This document shows, piece after piece, positions 34,541 to 44,791 of a stretch of DNA of 64,000 bases; position 1 is the stretch's first letter, and every line of letters starts with the position of its first letter. Made by a program: the position numbers and the translations under genes. The notes beneath the pieces were generated by a model that had not been told where the DNA came from, ran no database searches, and worked only from the letters and a program-made list of their open reading frames with translations. Source of the stretch: a virus; IMG/VR virus record IMGVR_UViG_2850695442_000001. One strand, given 5' to 3'.

Positions 34541-34813
34541 ATGACAAAGAAAAATATTAAGAATGTTGATGGTAACCTTATTATTGAAAAAGTAAATCAA
34601 TTAGAGGCAATGGAATGTCCTTTCGTATCACTTGAAGATTACATCGCTTTTCAGCTGTACATGGATGGTCCTGCCATTGATGAGTTGGTGGATAAATTTA
34701 TCCCACATCTGCCAGAACGACACAATGAAGTAGCTGAGGCTTTAGCACAAAGGATAAGCGAATTTTCTGAGATTATGAAGAAGCTTTTGCTGGGAACGAA
34801 TATTGAAGAATGA
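34541..34813 (+). CDS. hypothetical protein
   Basis: 90 aa, acidic. Confidence 0.6.
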   Translation: MTKKNIKNVDGNLIIEKVNQLEAMECPFVSLEDYIAFQLYMDGPAIDELVDKFIPHLPERHNEVAEALAQRISEFSEIMKKLLLGTNIEE

Positions 34814-34867
34814 TAAATAGAAAAAGAATCGCACTGGGCGGTTCTTTTGTTGTTTGTAAGCAAAGAC

Positions 34868-34905
34868 GGACTTGTTTCCTGAAAAAAATAGAGCTATGGG
34901 ATAAT
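34868..34905 (+). promoter_or_regulatory. GGACTT-N26-GATAAT motif, copy 6
   Basis: GGACTTgtttcctgaaaaaaatagagctatggGATAAT, almost identical to the 46117 copy. Confidence 0.75.
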
Positions 34906-34911
34906 AGAAAA

Positions 34912-35215
34912 ATAAAATATCAAGGAGGTTCAATAGCTCCAGTGACACACGGGTTTGAAAACCCATGATTGCTCGCTTTGCTCAGTCGCATTGCAAGATG
35001 TGATTCGAGCGAAATATTGAATAGTCTAAGCTAGAAATAGCTACGTTATCTTGGTTAACAGACCCGTGGACCTTTGTTCTCATCTACGGCTCTCTGGAGG
35101 CACTGTAAACAGTTCTGTTGGAGACGGAACGGTCAACCTCGGTACGGCTTATCAAATAAGAAAGCCTTGATAACATTGACGAAGGACACCAACGGAGATT
35201 TATCTCCGATTTACA
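34912..35215 (+). ncRNA. IscB omega RNA (HEARO-type) with 5' guide
   Basis: TTCAATA/TATTGAA opening helix and hallmark blocks TTGAATAGTCTAAG, CTACGTT, TGTAAACAG, AACATTGACGAAG. The guide would be the 5' flank (about ATAAAATATCAAGGAGG). Confidence 0.75.
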
Positions 35216-36524
35216 TTAAATTTCAAAGGAGGGAAGCATGACCCAACAAATCAAATTCATCAATGTTCTGAATAACCACGGCACATGGTACGTCGATGGA
35301 TTAAAACAGGACAAGCACACTGGATTGGACGTGACACCATTCAATTCGACCGTCCAATAGGTTCAGAAACACAAGAACTCACATTAGGCATTAATGCCGG
35401 CTATAAAATCATTGGTGCATCAGTGACAAGTGAGACACAAGAGTATTATGCCTCAGAAACGAACCTGCGCACTGATATTGTCAAGAACTTGAGTACAAAA
35501 CGTCAATATAGACGGTCTCGTAGAAATCACAAGACACGATATCGTCAGGCACGCTTTGACAATCGTGTGAAGTCAAAGCATAAAGGTTGGCTTGCCTCAA
35601 GTATTGAAGTCAAGATTGACAATCATGTCCAGCTCATTCGCAAGCTTATAAAGAAGCTTCCGATAACTAATATTATCGTTGAAGCTGGACAGTTTGACAT
35701 TCAAAATCTCAAAAACCCTGACATCACAGGTAAAGAATACCAAGAAGGAAATCAACTTGGATTTGCTAATGTCAGAGAGTATGTCTTAGCAAGAGACCAT
35801 CACAAATGTCAACACTGCAAGGCAGATGGTTTGAAAGGTATCAAGTTACACGTCCGTCACCTCGTCTCACGAAAAGTGGGAGGTAACCGCCCTGACAATC
35901 TCATCATTTTGTGTGAAAACTGTCACGCAGCTTACCACCGTGGCGAGTTTGAATTAAAGAAAGCACCAAAAGGCTATGCGCCAGCTAGTGCAATGTCAAT
36001 CATGCGTTCGACCCTGCTTGACCGACTCATTAATGAATTTGGTGACAAGGTGGAGACAACGTTTGGCTATTTGGTCAAAGAAGCACGACTCACAATTGAC
36101 TTGCCAAAAACAAGCATGACTGATGCCTTCGTCATTGCAGGCAATCTAATGGCTGACAGATTAGACTTTCAAGAGCTGAGAAAGCATGTGCGCTGCCATA
36201 ACAGACAACTCCACAAAGCAAAATTTCTTAAAGGTGGCATCCGCAAAGCCAATCAAGCTCCAAGAGAAGTTCATGGTTTTCGACTGTTTGACAAGGTTCA
36301 GGTAGAAAACAAAAATTGGTTTGTTTTTGGAAGAAGAACCAGTGGCTATTTTGACCTTCGTAGTCTGACAGGAGAAAAGCTCAATAAGGGGAGCTATAGT
36401 GCCAAAAAAATTAAGCTCGTACACCGAGCAAATTCAGTAATCACACAATACGCAACAATCGCTCCAACGGGAGCATAGAAAGGGCGCATTCCTCTTGGCA
36501 TTTAAATACCGAGTCTTCTTGCGC
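34929..36524 (+). mobile_element. IscB-type IS200/IS605-superfamily element
   Basis: omega RNA scaffold, iscB, then a short hairpin right end (GCGCA...TGCGC). Removing it rejoins AAGGAGG with ATTAATT-ATG. Confidence 0.75.
35238..36478 (+). pseudogene. iscB: IscB (RRXRR-HNH) with PLMP motif deleted/frameshifted and catalytic substitutions
   Basis: RBS-ATG 35238 gives MTQQIKFINVLNNHGT, then shifts frame to MVRRWIKTG (35285). RuvC-I GINAG (D to N), bridge helix RQYRRSRRNHKTRYRQARFDNR, HNH LHVRH...NLIILCENCH, RuvC-III KTSMTDA. Confidence 0.85.
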
Positions 36525-36531
36525 ATTAATT

Positions 36532-37322
36532 ATGAGACAACATATTAACGGTAACTATTCTCAAAGGACAGCATCAATACGTCCTCCCAAAAATCATATG
36601 ATGAAAACAACCATTATTGTTGCAACGTCAATGGTAGCTTTAACAGGTGCATTCATCTTGGGAAAAACAAATTATGACATGCATATGAGTATTATTCATG
36701 CACAGGCTCAAACTCAGGCAGCACAAAGGAAAGCTAAAAAAGCAGAAACAGCACAAAAGAAAATTCAAGCTTTAGAAGCAACTGTTTCTCAAACGAATGT
36801 CAAAGTGCAAACTTTGACAAAATCAACAGCAGACATGAGTAAACAAATCACGTCTCTCAATCAACAGTTAAAATAAAACTGGCTGAACGGGCAAAGGCAA
36901 AACAAGAAGCACAAGCGCAAGCAGATGAAGCTGCTACACAGGCGCAACAAGAAAAGGAGAGTGCCAGCCAACCGACAGCCACACCGAAAGGAAGTAATAA
37001 CACCACTCAAACAACATCACAGGTACAATCACAGTCCTCTAGTTCAACGTCAGGCTTGAATATGAACCAGACATCAGGACAAGTTGATATTAACGCTGTC
37101 GCTCAGTATATGCAATCCATAACAGGAGGAGATGCAGGCACTTGGGCAACGATTATTCAACGGGAGTCAAGCGGGAATATGGATGCCAATAATAGTACCC
37201 ATTTTGGTTTATTTCAGTCAGACACTGCATATATTGGTATGACATTAGAACAAGAATGTGCTAATGCAAAAGAAAAATATGATAGTCAGGGCTTTGCAGG
37301 AGCGTGGCTCAATTATGAATAA
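36532..37322 (+). pseudogene. frameshifted secreted lytic-transglycosylase-like protein (SceD/IsaA/Apf-type C-terminus)
   Basis: N-terminal half (TM plus coiled coil) stops at 36876. The -1 frame continues KLAERAKAKQEAQ... into WATIIQRESSGNMDANNSTHFGLFQ...QGFAGAW. Confidence 0.75.
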
Positions 37323-37357
37323 CAAGTAAAAAATAAACACAAGAAAGGACATTTGAA

Positions 37358-37840
37358 ATGTCAAAAATCACAATCAAACTGGCTTCTTTGCAAGCCGTCA
37401 ACAATAAAATACCCAATACTATCCGCGGGATTGACCGTAGCACAGTTACTTTTCTGCCTGAAGCTATTGTCAAACGAATTGGTTCTGATGAAGATTTAGC
37501 ACTATTTGAAGAAAAGTGTCTTGTAACTACGCGCAATAGACAAAATCAGCAAAGTACTTTTTATCAAGTAAAAATTGCCCCAACAAGTAGTTTTCATATT
37601 TTTTCTAAAACAAAAGAAGATTGGACAGATAAAATAACCGCAAACATTTCTTATAATGTTGGAAAAGATGGGAAAGTTCTTGTCAATCTGGTTATTTTTG
37701 TTAGAGAAAGTCCAGAATTTCATACGAAATATCTTCGTGCGCGTGCATTGGTATTCAACACGGAAGAACTAGCTGACATTCATATTCATCGAGAACAGCA
37801 AGAAGAATTCAAGCTTAATGATGAAGATTATAATTTTTGA
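37358..37840 (+). CDS. hypothetical protein
   Basis: RBS GAAAGGA; 160 aa. Confidence 0.65.
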   Translation: MSKITIKLASLQAVNNKIPNTIRGIDRSTVTFLPEAIVKRIGSDEDLALFEEKCLVTTRNRQNQQSTFYQVKIAPTSSFHIFSKTKEDWTDKITANISYNVGKDGKVLVNLVIFVRESPEFHTKYLRARALVFNTEELADIHIHREQQEEFKLNDEDYNF

Positions 37841-37912
37841 TGACCGCACAAACCCCGCCGACAAAAAAGAATAATAAAATAATTTTTTGTTCTATGATTT
37901 ATCGGTTTTTAC

Positions 37913-39324
37913 TGTAAAGGGTCATGCTAAAATGTAGGAAAAAGGTCATTGAAAATGTAGGTTGAAGCGTAAACATGATATGCTTTTCTTACTCAATCCA
38001 AAGGAGGATTTGTTTGAGAAAAGACATCCTAGAAAGGCTCAGCTTACATTTTATGACTGACACTAAACCTAATTTCGCAGCCCTTGCCAGACGATATAAT
38101 TGTGATTATCGTACCGTCAAACGTTACTATGAACTCGGACAAGAACAAACCCTACAAGAAGCTTCTCGGCGCAATGTTCCGCCCACATTAATTGAAAATT
38201 TCAAGACCCTCATCAATGAAAAAGTTGAATTAGGATGTTCCGCTCGTTCTATTTTCTACCTCATTCAAAAACGAGGTTATAGTGGGAGTTATGTCACAGT
38301 CAGACGTTACGTGAAATCTTGTAAAGTAACCAAGCAACATAAAGCAACTGTTCGTGTAGAAACTTCTCCTGGACTTTCCGCTCAAGTCGATTGGAAAGAA
38401 AACCTCAAGATGACTTCTAAAAATGGAGAAGTATTCACGGTCAATATTTTTCTCTATGTGCTTGGCTACTCACGCATGAAATACCTTCAACTGACAACCA
38501 GCCGTGAACAGCCTATCCTATTTGACTGCTTGAACAACGCTTTCTTTGAACTCGGTGGAGTTCCTGAAGAAATATGGTTTGATAACATGAAAACCGTCGT
38601 TGACCATTCAAAGAGCCAATTCACTCATGCTGTATTCAACGAAACCTTCCGACAATATGCGAAGGATGCTGGATTTCAATTTCAACCCAAACTCAAAAAG
38701 ACAGACATCGTTGATTTGCATACGCTGCGTTTCTTGGACAATCATGACAATATTCTTTTTGTTGGAAATAGTGGTGTGGGTAAAACACATTTAGCCATTT
38801 CTCTGGCTTTAGAAGCTTTGGATAAAGGACACAGCTCTTATTTTATTCTCAGTAATGAACTGGTCAATAAGTTGCTTAAAGCCCAACAGCGTGGCGCTTT
38901 AGAACGTGCATTAAAGCAATACGCCAACTATGATTTACTCATTATTGATGAGATGGGTTATCTTCCTTTTTCCAGAGACGGCGCTACGTTGTTGTTTCAG
39001 CTTATCAATGCCCGATATGAGAAAAAATCCACCATTATTACCACCAATATTCCCTTGTCGCAATGGTCAGAGTTCTTACAAGATAAGAAATTAACGAATG
39101 CTTTATTAGACCGCTTAGTTCATCATTCTAAAGTTATTCCGATTACAGGTAATTCTTATCGAATGAAAGATTATAGCGAAAGAAAAACAAGGGTAGTCAC
39201 CACAAAGAAATAGAAAATATAGGGAGATTAAATCCGACATAATGACCCAAAAACTACATTTTCGATGACCATTTCCCTACATTTTCAATGACCAAAAAAC
39301 TACATTTTTACGTGACCCTTGACA
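37913..39324 (+). mobile_element. internally deleted IS21-family element (IS712-like)
   Basis: IRL TGTAAAGGGTCATGCTAAAATGTAG; IRR (reverse complement) TGTCAAGGGTCACGTAAAAATGTAG; multiple subterminal CTACATTTT..TGACC repeats; only 1412 bp. No target duplication seen. Confidence 0.85.
37975..39213 (+). pseudogene. in-frame IstA(N)-IstB(C) fusion
   Basis: IstA HTH NFAALARRYNCDYRTVKRYY, QVDW, WFDNMKTVV up to DAGFQ, then IstB FQPK...GNSGVGKT, LLIIDEMGY, LLDRLVHH. Confidence 0.85.
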
Positions 39325-39707
39325 AGCCAAATGATACTCAATTGAAAAAAGTTGCTTGGGAGCTAGGAACTTCAGTCGATTATTTATTGGGAGAGGTTGA
39401 TGAATCTCCGAAATTTGTAAAATTTGACAAAGAGGAGAAAGAAAATTTTTATCAAATTTTTCGAGGAAATTTAGATAAGCTATCAGAACAATTGTCAAAT
39501 CATGACATTACAAAAGAAGAATTTGAAAAGCAAGAAAAAATGATATTAGAATTTCTTGAAGAAGCTCCAGATGTAGAAGTTCGTAGTACAATTATTGGCT
39601 CATACCTTATTGCAGAAACAAGTAGGGGTAAAAATTTTACTTTTAATTTTGAAAATATGGAACAAAAAGAAACTGATGATGAAAATAATAGAGATAAATT
39701 AGGATAA
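39325..39707 (+). pseudogene. 5'-truncated XRE-family regulator
   Basis: LKKVAWELGTSVDYLLG is the end of an XRE HTH. The track ORF start lies inside the IS end, and the N-terminal half is not found at the left IS flank. Confidence 0.65.
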
Positions 39708-39847
39708 TTTTAAATTATAATAAAAAAGAAGTGGGCAAATACCTACTTTTTTTAGTGAAATTTAGGAAAGTTAATTGCAAACCTCTGTCAAAAAAAGTAA
39801 AATAAACTTAATGATAATTAAATAAAAAAGCAAGGAGATTTACATCT

Positions 39848-40123
39848 ATGGGAACATCAAGAATTAGTTCTGATATCATGACCGCACAGAGTGCAATTTC
39901 TAGGTTGACAGGAATTGAAGCTTCAGGGATTCAAAATGAACATCTTGAATTTGCAGGAAGTAATATTCCATGCATGAAAGCAGGGAAGAATCTGAACAAT
40001 CAAATACTTAAAGATGTGAGCGAACTCGTTACTTGTATTCAAAAGCAAGCAGATAAAGTTGAAGGACTAGCCCAGGCAATAGAATATCGAGATAAAGCTG
40101 ACGCTAATAGTTGGGGATTCTAG
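39848..40123 (+). CDS. small T7SS-associated WXG100-like protein (TIGR04197-like)
   Basis: 91 aa, ISSDIMTAQSAISRL start, helical; first gene of a three-gene LXG cassette. Confidence 0.65.
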   Translation: MGTSRISSDIMTAQSAISRLTGIEASGIQNEHLEFAGSNIPCMKAGKNLNNQILKDVSELVTCIQKQADKVEGLAQAIEYRDKADANSWGF

Positions 40124-40124
40124 T

Positions 40125-40481
40125 ATGAGAGATAAAAGTGCAGATGAACGAGTGATGTTAGGACGTGAAATTCTTTTCAAAGAAAATCAAATTGACGAAA
40201 TCAACCGAGAATATCAAAATCAAGAGAGTCAACTTGAACGTTTTCATAGTGAAATGAATCGTTTATTTAATGCAGAACAAGAATTGTATGCCCAAGCTCA
40301 ACAAGAGGGAGAAAATACAAGCTGGAAAGAGGCAGAATTTCAAGCGGTTAGTCAAGAAGTTCAGCGTGTTGTTTTTACCGAATCGGAACTCATTCATCAA
40401 GGTTACAGTCAAGCTCGACTGACAATTCAAGATGATATTGACCAACTTCATAAAGAGAGGAATGCTTTGCCGTGGGATTAA
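40125..40481 (+). CDS. LXG-associated helical accessory protein (DUF3958-like)
   Basis: 118-aa E/Q-rich coiled coil immediately before the LXG gene. Confidence 0.6.
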   Translation: MRDKSADERVMLGREILFKENQIDEINREYQNQESQLERFHSEMNRLFNAEQELYAQAQQEGENTSWKEAEFQAVSQEVQRVVFTESELIHQGYSQARLTIQDDIDQLHKERNALPWD

Positions 40482-42004
40482 AGTATAATAAAAATGACGG
40501 TCAACTTTTCATTTCGGCTATGAATCATAATGTTTCAAGTGCGAATGAAATCGTAAGTCGATTAAAAGACGGAAGCGACCATTTAATTAGTATGGTAAAT
40601 GGCGGTTCAGCTCAATTATCAGGAAAAGCTTATAATGCAGTTGGAACACTTTTTACAAGTCTAGTTCAACCTGTGCTTTCAAAATTAGAGTCAGCAACAG
40701 AAGATATCAAAAATGATATTCAAGTTTTTCAAGCTCAAAGCTCTGCCTTTAATGCTTTTAATGATACGATTTATGATGAAGATAGATTAAATCAATTAAA
40801 AGAGATTAAACAACAACAGCAAGCAACAGTTGTGGCTCAAATTGGCATGTTCAATAGTACCTTGTTAGGAGATTTAGCAAAAAATGTAGCCGAAGCACTC
40901 TTTTATGAGGGGAAACGATTAGAGAATGTCGCCGAGCATTATGCCAATGAAATTAGAGAAATTGATGATAAACTTCGAATTTTACATGAGTTTTCTTCAA
41001 GTACTAGTCATTTGTTTCAAGACAGTTTAACTGTTTTTCAAAGTGCTATGCAAGGGGTTAAGGCACTTAATCAAGGACGATTTGATTCTAATGGTAATTT
41101 TTCAATACCAAACAATTCTAGTATGGATTGGTATAAAACACTCACAAATCAAAAATTGGATTCAGCCTTAGTTTCAGATGATGAAGCAGAACGAGAAGAA
41201 CTACTCAAAGGACTTGATGTTAAAGGCTTGACAGATAAAGACCGAGATAAATATGAGTCGTCAGTTTCAGATATCCTCAAGACACTACAGAAACAGGGGT
41301 GGACGAAAGAGGGGCTTGAAGCTTATCTCAAAACCTTAGCGACAATCAATTCAAATAGTCATTCTGCAGGAGATGTTTTTCCAATAGATTCTTTGATTGA
41401 AAATGCACAATTAATGAAATTCTTATTGGACAATGCGAGTCATCTTGATGTTTCGAAATATGTTGAGAAAGGTTGGGAGTGGGAGAAGACAAATACTTAT
41501 TATTTTATCAATGGGGAGCCAAACTTTGTTTTAACACAACTAGGCGCATATCTTCCAAATTTTAAAGTGACCAAACAAGCCAGTCCAGAAGAAATGGCAA
41601 GTGTATCTAAAGTTGTGGAGGATAAAGTTGTTGCCCCAGGGGAAAGCCAAGCATTATTGATTGCGGATACTATTTTAGAAGAGTCAGAATTACTTAAAAT
41701 AACTGATAGTGAAGTATTTATAAAGGCATTAGGTGGTAAAACATATACAGAAAACACTAATTTCGTATATAATTTTTCTTCTGAAACAAAAGGTTACAGT
41801 GCTGCTAAAAAAGAATTTGATAGTATGAATTTATCTAATGTTAGAATATATAATCAAGGAACTGATAAAGAAACAATAGTGGGAAAACTCTCAAATGGGG
41901 ATACGGTCAATCTTCATACCTCATCATCGAAAAATATTGGGGAACCTCCATCTATTGAAATTTATGACCCAATTACTAAAAAGAAAATTAAAATAAGGTT
42001 TTAG
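40472..42004 (+). CDS. LXG-domain polymorphic toxin (T7SS effector)
   Basis: N-terminal LXG-type region (QLSGKAYNAVGTLFTSLVQP...IYDEDRL...KLRILHEFSSSTSHLF), linker, and a compact variable C-terminal domain ending PSIEIYDPITKKKIKIRF. Confidence 0.8.
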   Translation: MGLKYNKNDGQLFISAMNHNVSSANEIVSRLKDGSDHLISMVNGGSAQLSGKAYNAVGTLFTSLVQPVLSKLESATEDIKNDIQVFQAQSSAFNAFNDTIYDEDRLNQLKEIKQQQQATVVAQIGMFNSTLLGDLAKNVAEALFYEGKRLENVAEHYANEIREIDDKLRILHEFSSSTSHLFQDSLTVFQSAMQGVKALNQGRFDSNGNFSIPNNSSMDWYKTLTNQKLDSALVSDDEAEREELLKGLDVKGLTDKDRDKYESSVSDILKTLQKQGWTKEGLEAYLKTLATINSNSHSAGDVFPIDSLIENAQLMKFLLDNASHLDVSKYVEKGWEWEKTNTYYFINGEPNFVLTQLGAYLPNFKVTKQASPEEMASVSKVVEDKVVAPGESQALLIADTILEESELLKITDSEVFIKALGGKTYTENTNFVYNFSSETKGYSAAKKEFDSMNLSNVRIYNQGTDKETIVGKLSNGDTVNLHTSSSKNIGEPPSIEIYDPITKKKIKIRF

Positions 42005-42015
42005 GAGCTTGGAAA

Positions 42016-42573
42016 ATGGAAAAAATAAAAAATAGTGAGTTATATTACAAAATCAAGTTTATAAAAAATATTATGGGGGGAAATCAAGAATTTTCAATTA
42101 TATTTGAATCGGATAATAAGGAAGAATATAAACTATATTTTGGACCAGTTTATGAAATGCGATATACAGTGGAAATGGCGAATATATCACGTTTTTCAGA
42201 TGCAAAATTTATTGAGGAATTAAGCACAGACATATTGCTAATAGAGAATTCTGATTATGTCAATAGTTTAGAGGAAGCTATGGTGTATGCCTATTCTTTA
42301 GAGAATATCAAACATTATTTCATACATGATGAAATGGATACAGTAATAGATGTCTTAGCAAATGGGGAACCAAGAATAGAAAAAATTAGTAAATCTGAAA
42401 GTACCGATTTACTAAAAAAAGAAGTTAAACATTTGAAGTGGTGGGATAACAACGAAAATATATCGCTCATTCAAAAAGAGTTAGAAGATTTACGAGCATA
42501 TAAATTAAAACGTGAACAAGAGGATAAAAAAGCTAGAGAAGATGAGATAGCAAGAAATTCTTTTGGATTTTAG
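42016..42573 (+). CDS. putative cognate immunity protein
   Basis: Acidic ORF directly downstream of the toxin with RBS AGGAG. Confidence 0.6.
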   Translation: MEKIKNSELYYKIKFIKNIMGGNQEFSIIFESDNKEEYKLYFGPVYEMRYTVEMANISRFSDAKFIEELSTDILLIENSDYVNSLEEAMVYAYSLENIKHYFIHDEMDTVIDVLANGEPRIEKISKSESTDLLKKEVKHLKWWDNNENISLIQKELEDLRAYKLKREQEDKKAREDEIARNSFGF

Positions 42574-42977
42574 AAACAATAAAAAACCACGTCTTAAAGT
42601 AAAGAGGTGGTTTAGGTTACTTAATATTTACTTCTCAACGTTAAGGCTCGGTTGATTATTGCTGAGATTTAATAAAGTTTTGTTTAACATTATTAAAAAT
42701 GTGAGAAGACATATTATGCTAGTAAAATTGTATTCATTATTATGACTATCTTTTTATGATTAGATTTGGTGTGAATTGGTGCAAAAATTATCCTGAAACA
42801 TACTTGTGTATCTTTAAATATCATATCTAACAAAAGTGAATTAGTGATAGAACTGGATTTTTAAGTATTCATAAGTATATTAATGTTGATAGAGAATTCT
42901 CAAAATTTTAGGAAAATTGAATAATAGAGCAATTTCTGAATCGAAATTGCTCTTTTAATCGGAGAAAAGTAGAAGAA

Positions 42978-43015
42978 GGACTTGTTTTAAGTCCTTTTTT
43001 TCTTTGTGGGAAAAT
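42978..43015 (+). promoter_or_regulatory. GGACTT-N26-GAAAAT variant, copy 7 (overlaps inverted repeat AAGGAC..GTCCTT)
   Basis: aaGGACTTgttttaagtcctttttttctttgtggGAAAAT. Confidence 0.65.
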
Positions 43016-44526
43016 GAAATAAAAAAGGGGGTGATTGCGATTGGTTCTCTTATCATTATGCTTCTAAAGAAAGTCTTGATTAAAAGTGCGGAAAAAGCAG
43101 TAAAAATTGCACAGCAACACGCCCAAAAAGCAGGAAAAGCATTTCTTGGGAATAATAAAGCATTACGCCATTTGCAGCGTATCAAAGGGATATTGCATGT
43201 CATAACGATTATTGGGGGACTGTTGGATTTTGGTGTTGTGATTGCAGGCTTCGTCCTTATCATTGTTTTAGTCTTCGGGTTAGCTTCAACATCAAGTGCT
43301 TGTAGTAATGGGAGTGATGATGCTTCAACAAATGTGGCTGAAACCAGCAATTCTAACTCAAAAGAAACATTTACCTTAGCTCAAGTCACACAGTTTGGAA
43401 ATGATGGCTTGACATCCACTTGGGGAGTCTCTGAACAAAATGTAGAAAATTATTTTCTTGCGAATAATCGTGCAACGGCTGCAAAATACAATCTCATCGC
43501 TTCAAATATCGGAGAAGTTTCAGATGCAGTCAAGAGCGAGGGCGTTTCTCCAACTTTCTTTTGGCTTTATGTCGTCAATGAAGGGGGTGGCGCTGGTGGA
43601 TTTATCAATCATTATGGTTCTGACTCAGGGAATGCGGTGACAGATGCAAAACGTGATGCGGATTACCTTGTTCAATATGCAAGTTTAAACACAAAGGTGG
43701 CAACTGTCGGTGGAGAACCGGCAGATATGCCAACTGATGAAGCAACAAGTTTTTTAAAAGCTCAACCTAACGGAAGTATTGGACGTGTCTATGTACAAGC
43801 AACTTCCGCTGTAACCGCAGAAATTGAAACTTTGTCAGGGAAAACGGGAGATTGGACAGGTAAATTTAATCTCCCGTTGTCTACAATGATGAATAATATT
43901 GATAATCTTGGTGGAAATTGGAAAGAAGGAGCAAAGGCACAAGCAGCTGGAGACTCCAATTCCAGTACTACAGATAAGTCCAGTGACAGTACAGATGATG
44001 ATTGTTCTGCAAGTGATTCTACTTATACTCCTGGTAGTATTCCTAGTGGAGGGATGAAGCTAACGATTGCTCAAAATTGGATGAGTAAAAATTATGCGAC
44101 TGCGCCACTTCCTAGTGATTACTATGGAGAAGCACAGGGAAGTCCCGACGTTCATGATAACTGTACTCTTTTTTCAGGTTGGTTTGTCGCAAACTTTACT
44201 GATTTAAAATGGAGTCATGGAAATGGTGCAGATATTGTTAAAAATCTTTCTGCTGCAAATGGTATTCAGCCAATGAATAAGCCGGAAGTCTATGCCATTT
44301 TCTCTATTCAGGGGGACGTGACACAGGTATGGGCTGGAAAACATCAAACCCAGAAGGACACACGGGAGTTGTTCTTGGCATTGATGGTGATAATGCGATT
44401 ATTGGACAAGCGGGTTATGGAAGTAACTTTATCAATGCTGCCTCAGTACCTTTGAAAGATTTGACTGCCGCAAACGGATGGAGTTTCTTTAGTACGAAAG
44501 GACATTTAAAAAATGTTCCGAAATAA
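43004..44526 (+). pseudogene. CHAP-domain conjugative cell-wall hydrolase, frameshifted in a G5 run
   Basis: TM N-terminus, lysozyme-like middle, CHAP Cys motif HDNCTLFSGWF in frame 1, His motif PEGHTGVV in the ORF at 44329-44526. The true start is probably downstream of 43004. Confidence 0.75.
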
Positions 44527-44528
44527 AA

Positions 44529-44750
44529 ATGGGTAGGAAAGGAGAGGGGAAAATGTCAGAATGTAAGAAAATCAAATATTCAAATTTAGGTGCGTTGTAT
44601 GCGTTAGTTTCTGCACAAGAAACTCATAATGATTATCGTCCCATTCGCAAATATTTTTGTAAAGAATGTCAGGCTTATCATCTAACAAGCAAACAACATA
44701 TTCATTATTTAGAAGAAATGGGTACTCTTGGGTTTCACTTAAATTCATAA
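44529..44750 (+). CDS. small zinc-finger protein
   Basis: CKKIKY...PIRKYFCKECQAYHLTS. Confidence 0.55.
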   Translation: MGRKGEGKMSECKKIKYSNLGALYALVSAQETHNDYRPIRKYFCKECQAYHLTSKQHIHYLEEMGTLGFHLNS

Positions 44751-44791
44751 TAGAAAAAAGAATTTTGAAAACTAAAATAACGAAAGGAAAG

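Noticed and set aside
36868-36878. Programmed -1 ribosomal frameshift in the transglycosylase-like gene
   Set aside because: No canonical X XXY YYZ heptamer in frame and no clear downstream stimulator. A 1-bp deletion is the simpler explanation.
42574-42950. AT-rich ORF-free stretch after the immunity gene as a possible oriT or origin
   Set aside because: No recognisable nic site, iterons or DnaA-box cluster, and no relaxase in the window to test against.
42955-43350. Minus-strand ORFs such as 42955-43350, 44572-45009, 50974-51453 and 53155-53670
   Set aside because: Antisense shadows of well-supported plus-strand genes, with no RBS or recognisable domains.
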